64,000 nt of DNA from a virus (taxonomy: Duplodnaviria; Caudoviricetes). Positions 62,204 to 64,000 of this stretch are shown piece by piece. The stretch is taken from positions 1,736 to 65,735 of IMG/VR virus record IMGVR_UViG_3300035170_000083; one strand, given 5' to 3'. Within the stretch, counting starts at the first letter, position 1; every line of letters starts with the position of its first letter. The position numbers and the translations under genes are program-made. The notes under the pieces are model-generated. The model saw only the letters and a list, made by a program, of their open reading frames with translations, was not told the DNA's origin and searched no databases.

Positions 62204-64000
62204 ATGAACGTCGTTTCTTCGGCGTCCGCTGCGCGTTCGCCCGGTGTCTACGGCATCCTCGTCCGCCCGGCGCGCGTTATCCGCGGCATCAGCTTGGGAT
62301 ACCTGGCCTATTGCGCGCAGTTCGACGCGGGCCAGGTCAAGGTCGGCTATCTGCCCCAGGACGGCGACGACCTGGTGCAGACCTACGAGCCTCGCGGCAC
62401 CGCGCGGAAGAAGTCCGGGTGGTACGGCATCATCGGCCAACTCGGCGCGCCCTGGTTCATCGTGCGCGTCAACGGCGGCTCGGCGGGCCTGGCGCCGCCA
62501 ACCAACGTCATCATCACCCAGGCGGGCACACCGGGGGCCGCCACCGTCAAGTATCGCATCACGGCGGTCAACGCCGCTGGTGAGACGGTGGGCAGCCAGG
62601 AGTTCACCACCACGACGGCGAACGCCACCCTCAACGGCACGAACTACAACGTCCTCAACTGGACGGGCGTGACCGGGGCGCTGACCTACAACGTCTATCG
62701 CACCTCGGGCGGCGCGACGCAGGGCAAGATCGCCACCGGACTCGCCGTCACCACCTACAACGACCAGGGCGCCGCCGGCTCCGGCTCGCTGCCCACGTCG
62801 AACGCCTCCGGCTGGACCTCGTCCTCGCTCGAGCTCATCGGCACGGGCGGCCAGCTCATCGCGGTGTGCGAGTCGCCCGGCCTGTGGGGCAACAGCATCA
62901 GCTGGCAGATCGCAGCGGCCTCCAACGGCGACGCGACCAAGCGCGACCATACCTTCACCGTTACCGACCCCATCACCGGGACGACGCAGGAGACCTACCG
63001 CAACGTCGCCCTGAACCAGTCGATGGCGTCGCTGCTGTCGAAGTCGCGCCTGCTGGCGTCGCTCACCTTCGTGGGGACCATGACGGTTTGGCCGGCCAAC
63101 GGCACCTACACCCTCACCAACGGGTCCGACGGCGCCGCCGTCACCGCCGCCGACTACCAGGCGGCGCTCGACCAGCTGGCGCTCGAGGAGAACGTCACCG
63201 TCGTCGTCACCGACGACTGCGGGGATTCGATCCGTGCCGCGGTCAACAGCAACGTCGTCACGCACTGCGCGAACCTCTACAACCGCGTCTGCCACATCAC
63301 GGGGTCGAAGTCGAACGACTGGACGACCACGAAGACGGACAAGGCGAACTACCAGAGCGAGCTGTCGACGTACTACGGCGCCTGGGTGCAGGTGCTCGAC
63401 GACTCGGGGACCAACCTGGTGGACGTGCCGCTGTCGATCTTCAGCGGCGTCATCCGGGTGAACATCCCGGTGCACTGGTCGATCGCCAACCACGACGCGA
63501 ACGCCACGAAGTACCTCGGCAACATCAAGGGCATCTCCACGAGCGTGCCCTACTCGGTGGGGTCGAAGGCCATCCGCGACGAGGCGACGGACAGCCAAAT
63601 CGTGCTGCCCATCCAGGGCGTCGGCCCGCAGCCGGGCACGCGCGGCCCCTGGCAGCTGCTCCACGGCCGCGACGCGAACCTGACCAGCGGCTACCAGTAC
63701 GAGTGCGTCACCTGGTACCGCATCTATCTCCTGCGCGTGTTGGCGCCGCAGCTCGACGCCTACACGAACGGGCCGAACGACCTGACCAGCGGCCTCGAGA
63801 TCCAGACGATCGTCAACGCCTGGTTGGCCGGTGAAGCCTCGGCGGGGCACTTGACGCAGACCTACGACACCGACGGAATCACGCTGCTGCCGGCGTTCTC
63901 GACGGACATCCTCGGCGTCAACAGCGCCGCCACGCTGGCCAACGGCGAGTTCTACATCCAGATCGACGGCCACCACCCCGGCGTGCGCGAGAAGATCTTC
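62204..64000 (+). CDS. Tail sheath protein (3' truncated) with an Fn3-like insertion
   Basis: SD AGGAGG; 'SPGVYGI', 'SPGLWGNSI', 'LTNGSDGA...DY..AL..L'; the frame is open to the window end. Confidence 0.88.
   Translation, partial: MNVVSSASAARSPGVYGILVRPARVIRGISLGYLAYCAQFDAGQVKVGYLPQDGDDLVQTYEPRGTARKKSGWYGIIGQLGAPWFIVRVNGGSAGLAPPTNVIITQAGTPGAATVKYRITAVNAAGETVGSQEFTTTTANATLNGTNYNVLNWTGVTGALTYNVYRTSGGATQGKIATGLAVTTYNDQGAAGSGSLPTSNASGWTSSSLELIGTGGQLIAVCESPGLWGNSISWQIAAASNGDATKRDHTFTVTDPITGTTQETYRNVALNQSMASLLSKSRLLASLTFVGTMTVWPANGTYTLTNGSDGAAVTAADYQAALDQLALEENVTVVVTDDCGDSIRAAVNSNVVTHCANLYNRVCHITGSKSNDWTTTKTDKANYQSELSTYYGAWVQVLDDSGTNLVDVPLSIFSGVIRVNIPVHWSIANHDANATKYLGNIKGISTSVPYSVGSKAIRDEATDSQIVLPIQGVGPQPGTRGPWQLLHGRDANLTSGYQYECVTWYRIYLLRVLAPQLDAYTNGPNDLTSGLEIQTIVNAWLAGEASAGHLTQTYDTDGITLLPAFSTDILGVNSAATLANGEFYIQIDGHHPGVREKIF

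Larger units (their letters stand above)
1..64000. mobile_element. Temperate myovirus-like phage genome, circularly permuted and nearly complete; probably the excised or free form
   Basis: Terminase, portal, capsid, sheath, baseplate J, integrase and a cI/cro switch are all present. Tail genes at the two window ends are contiguous in the usual gene order, and attP is intact internally. Confidence 0.95.

Overview
The window is almost the whole genome of a GC-rich temperate phage with a contractile tail, seen in circularly permuted form. It starts inside the tape-measure gene and ends inside the tail-sheath gene, so the tube and chaperone genes lie outside it. Gene order is: baseplate and tail (1-11.6 kb), lysis cassette (11.7-15.3 kb), an accessory island driven by divergent sigma54-type promoters (15.3-20 kb), host-like morons (20-23.9 kb), an intact attP with a tRNA 3' half plus a tyrosine integrase (23.9-25.5 kb), leftward early and recombination genes (25.5-36.2 kb), a lambdoid immunity switch (36.2-37.7 kb), rightward replication genes (37.7-47.2 kb), a peptide/PP-loop/ParB module just ahead of terminase (47.2-50.6 kb), and packaging, head and neck genes (51-64 kb). 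A Myxococcus-type LexA box, the sigma54 promoters and the TPR/lipoprotein morons suggest a Myxococcota host (inference). Four signals stand out. (1) Two paralogous basic peptides share a conserved C-terminal RGAAPRGKxGGAGGKES tail and are coupled to a PAPS-reductase-like PP-loop enzyme and ParB. (2) Five copies of a C(C/T)TGCACAG-hairpin-CGATGGAGG element sit at gene junctions. (3) A symmetric pair of sigma54 promoters flanks enhancer-like repeats, with a Fis-HTH-only protein encoded nearby. (4) A tail-fibre-like protein and its partner carry Sec signal peptides. All product calls come from motif recognition and synteny; no database searches were run.
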